Source of the DNA: an uncultured Thermoprotei archaeon
Lineage (GTDB): Archaea; Thermoproteota; Thermoprotei; Thermofilales; B15-G2
Direction of reading: 5' to 3'
Length of the DNA stretch: 64,000 nt
NCBI GenBank assembly: GCA_965367815.1
Contig: CBDUKN010000006.1
Span: forward strand, 41,391-105,390
Below are positions 18,847-29,314 of this stretch, piece by piece. Both the position numbers and the translations under genes were made by a program. Position 1 is the stretch's first letter; each line of letters opens with the position of its first letter. The notes beneath the pieces are model-generated. The model searched no databases, was not told where the DNA came from, and saw only the letters and a program-made list of their open reading frames with translations.

Positions 18847-19509
18847 ATGAATCCTGTATTTTTTATAATTGAGATACTGCCTTTTCTCCTACAAGGGCTC
18901 TGGATGACTATCTACGTAAGCTTCGCTTCCTTTGCACTAGGCTTTCTGCTAGCAGTACTATTTGCTCCCCTCAGGATATTCGCAAAAGAAATAGCAGACC
19001 CACCTATCACAGCGTACGTCGAAGTCTTCCGAGGAACCCCTGTACTAGTACAGCTACTCTTCATATACTTCGGACTACCCTCTCTAGGAATAAAACTAGA
19101 CCCAGTACTCGCAGGTATAGTCGCCTTAGGACTAAATAGCGCTGCCTACCAGTCAGAAATCTTCAGATCTGCCCTAAAGGCGATACCCAACGAGCAAGTC
19201 TTGGCAGCAGAGTCTCTCGGGCTATCTAATATACAGATCTATAGATACGTTATACTGCCGCAGGCACTTAGAGTAGCTGTCCCATCACTCATAAATGAGA
19301 TAGTAGCATTAATTAAAGAAAGCTCCCTCGTATCAATTATCGGCGTAGCTGAATTAACACGCCGCGGAGAATACTTAGTGGCCATAACATTCAAGCCCCT
19401 CGAAGTATTTACTGCAGTAGCGCTAGTATACTTCATTGTCTGCTACACTACATCAAGGCTAGCTAAAGTAGTAGAAAAGAAATTTAAGATCCCCGGCTAC
19501 AGAGAGTGA
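18847..19509 (+). CDS. Polar amino-acid ABC permease
   Basis: YVEVFRGTPVLVQL, SAAYQSEIFRS, IKESSL. Confidence 0.93.
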   Translation: MNPVFFIIEILPFLLQGLWMTIYVSFASFALGFLLAVLFAPLRIFAKEIADPPITAYVEVFRGTPVLVQLLFIYFGLPSLGIKLDPVLAGIVALGLNSAAYQSEIFRSALKAIPNEQVLAAESLGLSNIQIYRYVILPQALRVAVPSLINEIVALIKESSLVSIIGVAELTRRGEYLVAITFKPLEVFTAVALVYFIVCYTTSRLAKVVEKKFKIPGYRE

Positions 19510-19513
19510 AAAC

Positions 19514-20287
19514 ATGGCCTTCCTAGAGATCATAGACCTAGTCGCGGGATACGATGACAACATAGTCATCAAAGGACTCTCGATGAAAGTAGAGGAAGGA
19601 GAGAAAGTAGTTATCATAGGGCCAAGTGGCTCAGGAAAATCGACACTCCTAAAGTGCATCGTAAGGCTAGTTGAGCCTAAAAGCGGCAAAATATTCTTCA
19701 GGGGAGTAGATGTAACATCAAAGGACATCGACATAAGGAAAATTAGACAAAGAACAGGCTTCGTGTTCCAAAACTACAATCTTTTTCCACACATGACAGT
19801 ACTACAAAACATACTCCTTCCGCTCCGAGTAGTAAAGAAAATGCCTAAAGAAGAAGCCTTGAAGAAAGCACTATCAGTCCTGGAGAAAGTAGGAATGCTA
19901 GAGTACAAAGACGCATATCCGCTCCAGCTCTCGGGAGGACAGCAGCAGAGAGTAGCTATAGCAAGAGCACTAGCAATGGACCCTGAGCTAATGCTACTAG
20001 ACGAACCTACTTCAGCTCTAGACCCAGAGCTAGTAGACGAAGTACTAGACATATTGAGAAAAGTAGCTAAGCAGGGAATAACACTCCTAATAGTAACACA
20101 TGAACTAGACTTCGCCGAAGACGTAGCAGACAGAATAATATTCATGGAAGACGGAAAAATAGTAGAAGAAGGGCCACCTCACAAACTACTCTACAACCCA
20201 GAGAAACAAAGAACAAAACTTTTCTTAAGAAGGATACTAAAGAGACTTCACAATAAAACTATAAACCAAGAAATAAACAGCAATTAG
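19514..20287 (+). CDS. Polar amino-acid ABC ATPase (GlnQ-like)
   Basis: GPSGSGKST, VFQNYNLFPH, LSGGQQQRVAIARAL, DEPTSALDPE. Confidence 0.95.
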   Translation: MAFLEIIDLVAGYDDNIVIKGLSMKVEEGEKVVIIGPSGSGKSTLLKCIVRLVEPKSGKIFFRGVDVTSKDIDIRKIRQRTGFVFQNYNLFPHMTVLQNILLPLRVVKKMPKEEALKKALSVLEKVGMLEYKDAYPLQLSGGQQQRVAIARALAMDPELMLLDEPTSALDPELVDEVLDILRKVAKQGITLLIVTHELDFAEDVADRIIFMEDGKIVEEGPPHKLLYNPEKQRTKLFLRRILKRLHNKTINQEINSN

Positions 20288-20389
20288 AGTCAAAACAACT
20301 AAATACTTTAATCAACAATAGTGAAAATATCGACTCAAATAAGTAATGGAATTACCGCTATTTATAATCGATATCATTTACATTAAATG

Positions 20390-20793
20390 CGTTAACCATA
20401 TTCTCTTCACCCAGTCTATTTTATCGTACTCAGAGTCTTCTGAAGCAATAAACATAATGTTGTTTCTTTCATAGCTCCTAAGTGTAGTGCATCTGAAGGC
20501 TTTATATTGTAATCAGATAATATTTTTGCCACTTCAATGTATTCATCCTCTCCTAACTTTAGTATATTCACATAGGGTAGTATGGATGATTTGATAAAAC
20601 TTAAAGATATTCGATAAGGTATCTTATATTTTTTCCTAGATACATATACTAGTTCATTCGATACTAGTACATCTGTATAAGCTTTATATTTTCTCAATAT
20701 ATTGAAATAAAAGTTATCATATATTAGTCTTATCGTATTATCTGTAATAGTATTTAAGTATATAAACAGATTAGCATTAATAAATACTTTCAT
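20390..20793 (-). pseudogene. VapC PIN toxin, decayed
   Basis: MKVFINAN (catalytic Asp lost), PSDALH; frameshift at ~20465, and the alternative frame continues NNIMFIASEDSEYDKIDWVKRIWL. Confidence 0.75.
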
Positions 20794-21052
20794 TCAAACT
20801 CCTCCTCTAAATGAATTCCTGCAAGCTCGCCCGGCTTAAGTTCTCTCCTATTTTGAATATTTTTATGAGCTCTACATGTTTTTTGAGAGCCTCCCGAAGT
20901 TTTTCAATATCCACTTTTCTAATAGGCTTAAGTAAAATACAATCCTTGATTTCAACAATCAGTTCATCTCCCTCTTCAATACCCACAGCCTCACGAACCG
21001 CTTTGGGAAGAATAACATAACCCTTTTTACCAACCTTTATTTTCAGTGTCAA
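20790..21052 (-). pseudogene. AbrB/VapB antitoxin with late frameshift
   Basis: IKVGKKGYVILPKAVREAVGIEEGDEL; alternative frame after the A-run gives ...KPGELAGIHLEEEFE* overlapping the toxin ATG. Confidence 0.7.
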
Positions 21053-21769
21053 ACCAATTTCACCTACAGTTAAACTGAAGTTAATCTATATAAACTTTTT
21101 CTATTAAAATAGTTGTTTGCACTAACAATAATTTAAATTTATTTAGTTTATCTTCATTTCACAACTACTAAAATAACTCTATTTGTTTTTAGAATAGTTT
21201 AGCAATAACTATATAGTTTTAGGCCTTAATTGAGCCAACTCTGCAGAAAATCCAGCGTCTTTTCTCCTAAACTCATCTAAAATTACTTTAGTCCTACCTT
21301 TACTGAAAAATATATCCACCCAATTTCTTTCTTAAAAATTCTTTAGGCAGATTTAGCTTATTTCCTTTAGTCCTCAGAACATGTAGTACCTTTATCACAG
21401 CTTCTTTACTTAACTTTATGACAAATAATGAATAAAAATAGATTAAATTATTGTAGTGAATAACTTAATGGCTTACTTTAGCTATTATTACTAAAATACA
21501 ATTACTTTCATAAAGATTTTACTTTCATGTCGGAGAAACTTTATAGAAAAAGAATATCTAAGAAAATTCTGCTTTAAAATTTAATAGAAATTATCTTATA
21601 TAAAAATAAAACAAATAGTTAAGCATATACTGCAAGCTAGTTATATAACTTTGTTAAATACTAACACTAAAAATACATGTACTTGAAATCTTTTTACGTA
21701 TTCTACAATACAAGTACAGCATTTTGAGAAAATGAGTTAAGAATATATTTCATCACATGTATCTGAATT

Positions 21770-22015
21770 ATGTCTCAAGCTAGCATAATAAATTTATTAT
21801 CTGAGCTAGAGAAATGGCTGCGAAATAAACTACACAATGTTAAATGCCCTGCATGCGGACACATAATAGTCTCAAATCATCCTCCTCAGTGGGTTAACGA
21901 GCATTTACCACATATAACAGTAGGAGAAGAAGAAATTTCAGTAAGCTATAGATGCAAAAAGGGAGGCCTTATAGAAATCTGTAGACTTCCTAGAACAGTT
22001 GAAGAAAAAATTTAG
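21770..22015 (+). CDS. Small Cys-containing (Zn-ribbon-like) hypothetical protein
   Basis: CPACGH...C...C in 81 aa. Confidence 0.55.
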   Translation: MSQASIINLLSELEKWLRNKLHNVKCPACGHIIVSNHPPQWVNEHLPHITVGEEEISVSYRCKKGGLIEICRLPRTVEEKI

Positions 22016-22351
22016 TGGAAATACTACAAGAATATTTGAATAGTTTAAGATAGTTTTATTTAGATAAATATATCACCTAGAATACTAGTTCTATCAATTT
22101 TACTTCAATAGCATCTCTGTTTCTGAGAAAACTGATGCTTAAAGGGCATCTGTATACTATATTCAGTAACTTTAAGGAATCAACATTACGTCGCATGTTG
22201 CTAAACTACCTAACTTTCTTCTATGATTTCATCGAAGAAAAATAGAGCTTATTGGCCATAGCAGTATTAAGCGGTAAATTATTTTGAAATAATGATTTTG
22301 AATTTATTTTATTCAAGAAAACTATAAATTCTTGTATGTATCATTTGATGC

Positions 22352-23098
22352 GTGAAGATGCGTGAATTTGATTTAGCTAGAGTACTTAAATATCTTTATT
22401 CTGCACGGGAAGCTTGTTATGAAATACTATTACATGTTAAGGATGAGTCTACTACTTATGGTGAATTGAGAGAACCTTTAGAAAAAATAAGCCTTTATTT
22501 GAGCCCGCTCGAAGGATTACATAGAGTAGTAGACGAAATAATTAGTGAAGTACGAGACTATATTGAATTGTATAAGCTGAGAATTTTTGAGAAAGTTAGT
22601 CCCGAAGATATGAAGCTCTTAGCAGAGTCTGCTAAAATATGGGAAGAGAAAGTAAGATTCCTGATAGATAATATAGATGCTATAATTGGCTCTAAACAAG
22701 TTTTCACGCCGCCGCAGCCTCCTGCTACCGTAACTAGGCCTGTTTCAGCAAGCCTCATATGTGAAGACACAGGTGAGAAAGTACGTATATCAGATTACTG
22801 TATTATTGGGAGAGACCCCTATACAAATAAGGTAACAGTGTATGATAGCAGAGGTAGAATTCTCTACCAGTTAAATAAAGTTGATAGATATGTCACTAGG
22901 TACAATCCCCGTATAGGCAAGTACGGCCATGCTATTTTACTCTATGAAGAAAACAAAGGGTGGCTTATTGAAGACGAGTACAGCACTAATGGAACCTATT
23001 TAAATGGAAAACTTATACCGCCTAAAGCTAGAGTAAAGCTTAGAAACGGAGACATTATAGAAATAGGCTCAACAAAATTCAAGTTCATACTCTACTAA
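22352..23098 (+). CDS. Helical N-domain + Pro linker + FHA domain protein
   Basis: IIGRD...VTR...GHA...IEDEYSTNGTYLNG...LRNGDIIEIG is the FHA signature. Confidence 0.88.
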   Translation: MKMREFDLARVLKYLYSAREACYEILLHVKDESTTYGELREPLEKISLYLSPLEGLHRVVDEIISEVRDYIELYKLRIFEKVSPEDMKLLAESAKIWEEKVRFLIDNIDAIIGSKQVFTPPQPPATVTRPVSASLICEDTGEKVRISDYCIIGRDPYTNKVTVYDSRGRILYQLNKVDRYVTRYNPRIGKYGHAILLYEENKGWLIEDEYSTNGTYLNGKLIPPKARVKLRNGDIIEIGSTKFKFILY

Positions 23099-23187
23099 TC
23101 TATCTATTCAAATCTTTTAGAGTCACACAAATTTACCTTACTAAACTTATATGAAATCTCAAGTTTTAAACAAGTGCGGTAACTTAT

Positions 23188-23715
23188 TTACACATTGTTG
23201 CAGAAACTTTCAGTTGATTTAAGTTTTTTAAGTCTTTCTAGTTTTAGAGTTTTGTTTTGTAGCTCATTTTCTATTTTTTCTAGCTGTTTTAATAATTTAT
23301 TTTTCTCTTCTCCCTTAGCTTTACTTAATTTATTTAGTAATATGCTTTTAAGCTGTTCTAATGTCTTAATATCTTCTTCAATTAGTTTTATTTCAGCTGA
23401 AATATAGGGCTTTACAGAAAACCGTATTTGAGAATATTTTGCCAATAATTTGGCTAGTTCTTGTTCAAGTTCCCTTCTAATAATTGTTTTATAGCTTGTA
23501 GGTGCTTGCTGAATTATTTCAGTTAATTTCTTACTTAGCGCTGTTTTCTCTTGAGGAGTTAATGTTTCTCCTTTAATTAGTTTGTTTACTGCTTCAGTTA
23601 ACTGAGGATATATTAGTTGCGCTAGTAGAGCGTAATAAAGTCCGCGGGCAGTTTCTACTCCTAGTGTTTGCACTATTGTCTTAGCTACTTTCATCCAGTC
23701 GATGTTTCCGCTCAT
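23188..23715 (-). CDS. Hypothetical helical/coiled-coil protein (paralog of 28167..28730)
   Basis: W.KVAK.I...LG.E.ARGLYYA.....YP.L motif shared with 28167..28730; C-terminal coiled coil. Confidence 0.75.
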   Translation of the reverse strand: MSGNIDWMKVAKTIVQTLGVETARGLYYALLAQLIYPQLTEAVNKLIKGETLTPQEKTALSKKLTEIIQQAPTSYKTIIRRELEQELAKLLAKYSQIRFSVKPYISAEIKLIEEDIKTLEQLKSILLNKLSKAKGEEKNKLLKQLEKIENELQNKTLKLERLKKLKSTESFCNNV

Positions 23716-23768
23716 ATTCTGTACCTCATACTTAATGTTTTCTTATAAGAGTTTGTTTCTATTTTAGT

Positions 23769-25418
23769 TTACTCTAGGTCTTTTAGTAGTTTTTCAGCTT
23801 CATCGAGCAGTTTCTGTACTTGTTCGAGTTGTTTTAAGTACTCTTCTCTGCTTATTTCTCCTTTCTCATATTTCTCTCTGAGCTCTCGGGCTTTTCTAGC
23901 AGATTCGAGTATTAGAAGTCTCAGAGCCTTTCTTACTTCTTCTCTAGAGACTGTTTTCTTTTCTTTTACCCCTTTAAGTAGCTCAGATACAAGAGCTAAG
24001 ACGACTGCGCTTGTGGCTGTAGTGAGTGCTGTTAATCCTATTGTTTTGAGTATTTCGTCTTTTGTTTCTTTTTCAATAGTCTTTCTTTTAGCTAAAGCAA
24101 CTAAATGCTCTTTTTCCTCATCAAGGTACTTGAAGGCGTTTTCAATATTTATTAGGCCGTATCCTTGAGAATACTTATCGTAGCCTAAGTCGACAGCTGA
24201 TTTTATGAGCACTTCTTTTACTATAAAAGGTGTTTGTTTACCGTAGTCGAGCCCCCTTTCTTTCATGTACTGTAGTACTAGTGCGCATGCTCCAGCTACA
24301 TGTGGTGTAGCCATGCTTGTTCCCTGTAGCGACAAATAGTGTGGTTCTACTAAGAGGTCTAAGTCTAGGTAATTTCTGAGGATTTCTGGATCTATTGTAG
24401 TTGAGCGCGCAGAGACTATTCCCTCGAACTTGTTTACTACTCTACCCTCTTCTTTCACCATGTAGCCTCCCGGAGCAACTACTTCAGGCTTCACTTCGCC
24501 TTTAGGTGAAGGCCCTCTACTGCTGTAGGGGGCTATTTTCTTGTGTTTGTCTACTGCGCCTACTGTTATAGCGTTACTTGCTATGCCGGGACACTCTATC
24601 GTGCCTTTGGCTGGACCAGAGTTTCCTGCTGCTACGCAGAATATTTTGCCGTATTTTTCTGTAATAGTGTCTACTGCCTCTACTAGCAGAGATTCGTAGT
24701 CTCCTGGGCCTCCTAGACTTAAATTGAATATGTCAGCTCCTTTGTCGAGAGCCCATTCTATAGCGGCTACTACGTCGTCTTCGTAGCCGTAGCCCTGTGT
24801 GTCGAGACACTTAGCATTAATTACTGTAGAGTCTGGTGCTACACCTCGGTAAATGCTTCCTGCTCCAGCAGCTATGCCTGCTACATGCGTTCCGTGTCCG
24901 TTGTAGTCTAGCGGATCTTCCTCTGAAACAAAGCTTTCTGAAGCAGCTACTCTTCCCTTTAAGTCAGGGTGAGAAGAATCTACTCCTGTGTCTATTATCG
25001 CTATTGCTACTCCTTTTCCGGTGAAGCCTGCTCGCCAAGCATAGTCGCCGGCAATCATTGGTACAGAAACGTTTAGGCAGGTTCTAACTCTATGTACTCT
25101 ATGTACTTTAGTGAAAGGAACTTCGATTACTCCTTTAATAATGTCTAGTAGGTGTTTAGCTGGGAGCTCTGCGCTAAAAGCACTTACTGTTTTATAGATA
25201 TGTCTAGGCTTCAAATTAAGTGTCTCTACTAAACTCTGCTTTACTCCTATTCCTTCGAGTATAGAAAAAGCTTTAGATAGATTCTTGAAAGCAGAATACA
25301 GAGCTTCAGGAGGCACTGTTTTAGTCCAGAAAACAGCGTTTATTGGCTCAAAGGGATTTCTTGAAACTACTTCGCTGAGAATTTTTTCAAGTCCTTTAGC
25401 TACAAACATTGCCTCCAC
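23769..25418 (-). CDS. S8 subtilisin-like serine protease with N-terminal prodomain and C-terminal hydrophobic helix + helical tail
   Basis: IIDTG, GHGTHVAG, AAGNSG, GTSMATP catalytic motifs; no signal peptide. Confidence 0.93.
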   Translation of the reverse strand: MEAMFVAKGLEKILSEVVSRNPFEPINAVFWTKTVPPEALYSAFKNLSKAFSILEGIGVKQSLVETLNLKPRHIYKTVSAFSAELPAKHLLDIIKGVIEVPFTKVHRVHRVRTCLNVSVPMIAGDYAWRAGFTGKGVAIAIIDTGVDSSHPDLKGRVAASESFVSEEDPLDYNGHGTHVAGIAAGAGSIYRGVAPDSTVINAKCLDTQGYGYEDDVVAAIEWALDKGADIFNLSLGGPGDYESLLVEAVDTITEKYGKIFCVAAGNSGPAKGTIECPGIASNAITVGAVDKHKKIAPYSSRGPSPKGEVKPEVVAPGGYMVKEEGRVVNKFEGIVSARSTTIDPEILRNYLDLDLLVEPHYLSLQGTSMATPHVAGACALVLQYMKERGLDYGKQTPFIVKEVLIKSAVDLGYDKYSQGYGLINIENAFKYLDEEKEHLVALAKRKTIEKETKDEILKTIGLTALTTATSAVVLALVSELLKGVKEKKTVSREEVRKALRLLILESARKARELREKYEKGEISREEYLKQLEQVQKLLDEAEKLLKDLE

Positions 25419-25713
25419 CTAAAGCTCGTACTCTGCCAACTAAAGACACTTTTATTACAGCGCTATGTGAAGCTATCTTAGGTATTAGCGAAACTCTAGT
25501 TTCCACCGAAACAACGGGCTTGAATTTGTATCGATGGAGAACTCTACAGCCCAAATTCTCAAGAAAACTCAAGACAATTTCTTCGCATCCCTCAGCGCAG
25601 TATACGAATACTTTTACTTCGCTATCTTTTTCCCCCTGTTTCCAAGACTCAAGTATCTGAATTAAACTGGAGTCGAGTTTCGATAAGTAGTCTTCAGACA
25701 CCACAGTACTCAC
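25396..25713 (-). CDS. Stand-alone subtilase propeptide / I9-like inhibitor
   Basis: SKLD..L, VKVFV, VLHRYKFKPVVSVE, IPKIASHSAVIKVSLVGRVRA. This is the beta-alpha-beta pattern of S8 prodomains; it overlaps the S8 gene start. Confidence 0.65.
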   Translation of the reverse strand: MSTVVSEDYLSKLDSSLIQILESWKQGEKDSEVKVFVYCAEGCEEIVLSFLENLGCRVLHRYKFKPVVSVETRVSLIPKIASHSAVIKVSLVGRVRALGGGNVCS

Positions 25714-25808
25714 TAAGCATTGTAGTTAATATACTTCGCGATAGAATAGTTTAGTGCCAATAATTTGGGTAAATTACTTTAAGGAAAACGAGTCTTAATC
25801 AAACTCTA

Positions 25809-27971
25809 CTAAGTAAACATACGCGTTAATTCTTCTCTTATTTTCTCGTAGCGCTCTAGGTCTTCGGGCTTAAGACTAGGCTTAACTACTTTCATTGCTT
25901 TTTCAAAGTGCCTCATATGTACTTTAGTAGGTTTGCCTGCTTCTCTTAACGCTGTCATTGCTGCTTCTCGGCATAAGGCGGCTAAGTCGGCGCCGCTATA
26001 TAATTCTGTTCGCTCGGCTATTTTCTTTAAGTCGACATCTTCTGCTAAAGGCATTCTCCTAGTATGTACTTTCAGTATTTCGTAGCGGGCTTCAAGGTCT
26101 GGTGGAGGAACATATATTAGTCTGTCGAAGCGACCGGGCCTTAGGAGAGCTGGGTCTATTATGTCGAGGCGGTTAGTTGCCGCCAATACTACTATTCCCT
26201 CTAGTTTCTCTATTCCGTCCATTTCTGTTAAAAGCTGGTTAACTATTCTATCGGTGACGCCTGAGTCGAATCTAGTGCCTCTTCTAGGCGCTATAGCGTC
26301 TATTTCGTCGAAAAATATTATGCAGGGAGCTACTTGTCTGGCTCTAGCGAATATTTCTCTGACTGCTTTTTCGCTTTCACCTACCCACTTGCTTAGAATC
26401 TCGGGGCCTTTAACTGAAATAAAGTTTGCTCCGCTTTCTGTTGCAGCTGCTTTAGCCAATAGTGTTTTACCGCAGCCTGGCGGCCCGTAGAGTAGTACTC
26501 CTTTGGGAGGATCTATGCCCATTTCCTTGAAGAACTCCGGGTGCTTAATAGGCCACTCGACAGCCTCTCTTACCATCTGCTTTGCTTCTTTAAGCCCGCC
26601 TATGTTCTCCCAGTGTACTTCAGGTACTTCGACGTATACTTCTCTCATAGCTGTAGGCTGAATATCTTTGAGTGCCTCCATGAAATCCCTTCGAGTGACT
26701 TCTATTTCCTCTAAAACTTCTGGAGGTATTTCGCCTTTACTGAAATTTATTTTAGGCAGAACTCTCCTTAGAGCATTCATTGCTGCTTCTCGACACAGTG
26801 CAGCAAGGTCTGCTCCCGTATATCCGTGAGTAAGTGCCGCAATTTCGTCGAGATCTACATCTTTTGCTAGAGGCATGTTTCTCGTATGTATAGCTAGTAT
26901 TTCTCTACGCGCTTTTTTGTCAGGTACCGGAAAGAATATTTCTCGATCAAATCTACCAGGTCTCCTGAGCGCTGGATCTACATCATTTATTCTATTTGTA
27001 GTAGCTATCACTACTACTTGTTCTGCTTCCTCAAGCCCGTCCATTAATGTCAATAGCTGAGCTACAATTCTTCTTTCAACTTCGCCTACTTCTTCTCTCT
27101 TAGGCGCTATAGCATCTATTTCATCAATAAATATTATAGCAGGAGCGTTCTCTTTTGCTGCCTTAAATATTTCTCTGAGTCTAGCTTCGCTTTCACCATA
27201 GTACTTGCTTACGATCTCCGGACCATTTATAGCTATAAAGTAGGCGCCAGACTCATTTGCCACAGCTTTAGCTAAAAGGGTTTTACCTGTTCCAGGCGGC
27301 CCGTAAAACAGTACACCTTTAGGCGGCTGTACACCGAGACGCTTAAATACTTCGGGGTATCTTAAGGGAAACTCCACCATTTCTCTTACTTTGCACTTTA
27401 CTTCCTCCAAGCCTCCTATATCTTCGTAAGTGACTTTAGGTATAGTGAGCTCAAGTTGTTCCGGCTTCCTGCGGATAATGACTTCAGTTACATCACTTAT
27501 CTGAACTACTCCTGGAGGAGCTGTGCTGACTACAATAAACTTAAGAGAAGTTCTAAGTAAGGGTACTTCAATAATACTTCCCCGACAAAGAGGTGTAGCT
27601 TTAAGCCTAGATTTAACGTAGTCTACGAATTCTCTTGAAATATCTTCAAGAGACGCCTCAAGAGGCGCTAAAACAATTCTTTTAGCGCGATCTACTTTAA
27701 CCGCTTTTCTAATTTTAATTACTTCACCTAAACTTATTTCAGCGCTTTTTCTCAGCAATGCATCTATTCTAATAATACCCTGCCCCCAGTCTTCAGGATA
27801 AGGCGACGCTACAGTAGCTACAGTACTCTTTTTGCCTTCTATTTCAACAACATCTCCCACAGATAATCCAAGAAGACTCATTACTTTACCGTCTATCCTA
27901 GCAATGCTTTTGCCAACATCCCATGGTTTAGCCTCAGCAACCTTTAAAGTCACTTCACGAACTAAACTCAT
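25809..27971 (-). CDS. cdc48: Cdc48/VCP-family AAA+ ATPase
   Basis: N-domain ([16 protein letters not shown]), D1 [23 protein letters not shown]2 [22 protein letters not shown]. Confidence 0.97.
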   Translation of the reverse strand: MSLVREVTLKVAEAKPWDVGKSIARIDGKVMSLLGLSVGDVVEIEGKKSTVATVASPYPEDWGQGIIRIDALLRKSAEISLGEVIKIRKAVKVDRAKRIVLAPLEASLEDISREFVDYVKSRLKATPLCRGSIIEVPLLRTSLKFIVVSTAPPGVVQISDVTEVIIRRKPEQLELTIPKVTYEDIGGLEEVKCKVREMVEFPLRYPEVFKRLGVQPPKGVLFYGPPGTGKTLLAKAVANESGAYFIAINGPEIVSKYYGESEARLREIFKAAKENAPAIIFIDEIDAIAPKREEVGEVERRIVAQLLTLMDGLEEAEQVVVIATTNRINDVDPALRRPGRFDREIFFPVPDKKARREILAIHTRNMPLAKDVDLDEIAALTHGYTGADLAALCREAAMNALRRVLPKINFSKGEIPPEVLEEIEVTRRDFMEALKDIQPTAMREVYVEVPEVHWENIGGLKEAKQMVREAVEWPIKHPEFFKEMGIDPPKGVLLYGPPGCGKTLLAKAAATESGANFISVKGPEILSKWVGESEKAVREIFARARQVAPCIIFFDEIDAIAPRRGTRFDSGVTDRIVNQLLTEMDGIEKLEGIVVLAATNRLDIIDPALLRPGRFDRLIYVPPPDLEARYEILKVHTRRMPLAEDVDLKKIAERTELYSGADLAALCREAAMTALREAGKPTKVHMRHFEKAMKVVKPSLKPEDLERYEKIREELTRMFT

Positions 27972-28166
27972 TAATTAAATTAACTGTTAATAGTTAATTA
28001 GTTTTCTCATAAAAAGATAGTACACAAAGTTCAATATACTTTCAGATACTTTAATGAAAAATATTTGTATAGAATAGTATTTTTAAAAGAAATCGATTAA
28101 AGAATAGCTCTTATTTCTTCACGCAAAATTTATTAGCATTTAGACTACATTTACTTACTGATAATT

Positions 28167-28730
28167 ATGAGTGAAGAAATTCCATGGGATAAAGTCGCAA
28201 AAGAAATCATTAAAATTTTAGGCACAGAAAGCGCGAGAGGACTCTACTATGCTTTCATCTACCACTCGCTTTACCCTATGCTAGTTAACATAATTTCTCA
28301 AAAAGTCAGAGGAGGAAGTAGAGTAGATGAAAAAGAGCTTATCGAGGCTGTTAGACAGGAAGTAAGAAAACTTCAGCAGACAGTAGAACCTCAGCCCGTC
28401 CAGCCAGCTGTAAGTGAAGATGAGCTAGCTAAGAAAATAGCTCAGATACTAAGACAAATGACTATTACTGCACAGCAGCCTCAAGTAGCTCAAGTTCATA
28501 CCATAGTTTCACGGTCTTCTCAGCAGCCAGCAGCTCTACCTGAGCTAAAAATGATTGAAGGTGAGATCAAAGCTCTCGAAGAAGCTAGAATAGAGTTAAA
28601 GAAAATGGCTTTACTTGAATTCAATGAAGAAAAACTCAAGAAAATTAACGAGAGATTAACTCAAATAGAACAGCGTCTAAGAGAACTGTATGCTCAAAAA
28701 GCCTACTTGACAGCTACCCAAAAGAAATAG
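28167..28730 (+). CDS. Hypothetical helical/coiled-coil protein with Q/P-rich linker (paralog of 23188..23715)
   Basis: 22/39 identical N-terminal residues to 23188..23715 by manual alignment. Confidence 0.78.
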   Translation: MSEEIPWDKVAKEIIKILGTESARGLYYAFIYHSLYPMLVNIISQKVRGGSRVDEKELIEAVRQEVRKLQQTVEPQPVQPAVSEDELAKKIAQILRQMTITAQQPQVAQVHTIVSRSSQQPAALPELKMIEGEIKALEEARIELKKMALLEFNEEKLKKINERLTQIEQRLRELYAQKAYLTATQKK

Positions 28731-28897
28731 CTAGAATTCTTAAGTAAAAGCCCGCACTAGAAGCTACTCAATTTTATTTAACTTAAGTGCTTGAGAGAAA
28801 TATTAAGCTAATAGCTGAAGTAAAGAGAAAGGATCTTTGGCTACTGGAAAAAGAATTTAAGTAAACTAAAGTATTCTTGAAATAGGGGGACGGTACT

Positions 28898-29305
28898 TTG
28901 AGTGAAAAGTGGGCTATTTTAGCTCCATTTATACTTGGCTTAATTCTCGGCAAGAAATCTCAAGTAGTTGAAGCTGAAGTTCCCCCTCGCATAGTGTATT
29001 TCCCTCTAGAAGAAAAAAGTGATACATTCAGTGAAATTTCTTTAGATGAGATAAAGAATCTACTAAAAGACATTGCTTCTAAAAGCGGATTAAAGCTTAA
29101 TGAAAATGATTTAGAGATATTAGCAAATAAAACTAAATATTACTTAGATTTATATAGAGAAAAAGCATACTGTTTGAAAATGATTAGAGACCTTTCTAAA
29201 GCATTTATGGAAAGACGAATATCTAGTTCTCTATACACTTCGCTTGTAAGAATATATAAACAAAGGCTCATTGAAATAGAATTGAAGTTAAGTAAGATCA
29301 GCTAA
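28898..29305 (+). CDS. Hypothetical protein, N-terminal hydrophobic helix and C-terminal helical hairpin
   Basis: WAILAPFILGLILGKK; TTG start with GGGGGA RBS. Confidence 0.7.
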   Translation: MSEKWAILAPFILGLILGKKSQVVEAEVPPRIVYFPLEEKSDTFSEISLDEIKNLLKDIASKSGLKLNENDLEILANKTKYYLDLYREKAYCLKMIRDLSKAFMERRISSSLYTSLVRIYKQRLIEIELKLSKIS

Positions 29306-29314
29306 GGTGAAAAA

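Noticed and set aside
21100-21700. Long AT-rich spacer as replication origin or ncRNA
   Set aside because: No ORB-like repeats or cdc6 gene; it contains only broken minus-strand reading-frame remnants that I cannot assign.
23769-27971. Calling the ATPase + S8 pair ietAS
   Set aside because: IetA is a single-domain AAA protein. This is a full N-D1-D2 Cdc48 with an intervening inhibitor gene and a conventional subtilisin, so the link is analogy only.
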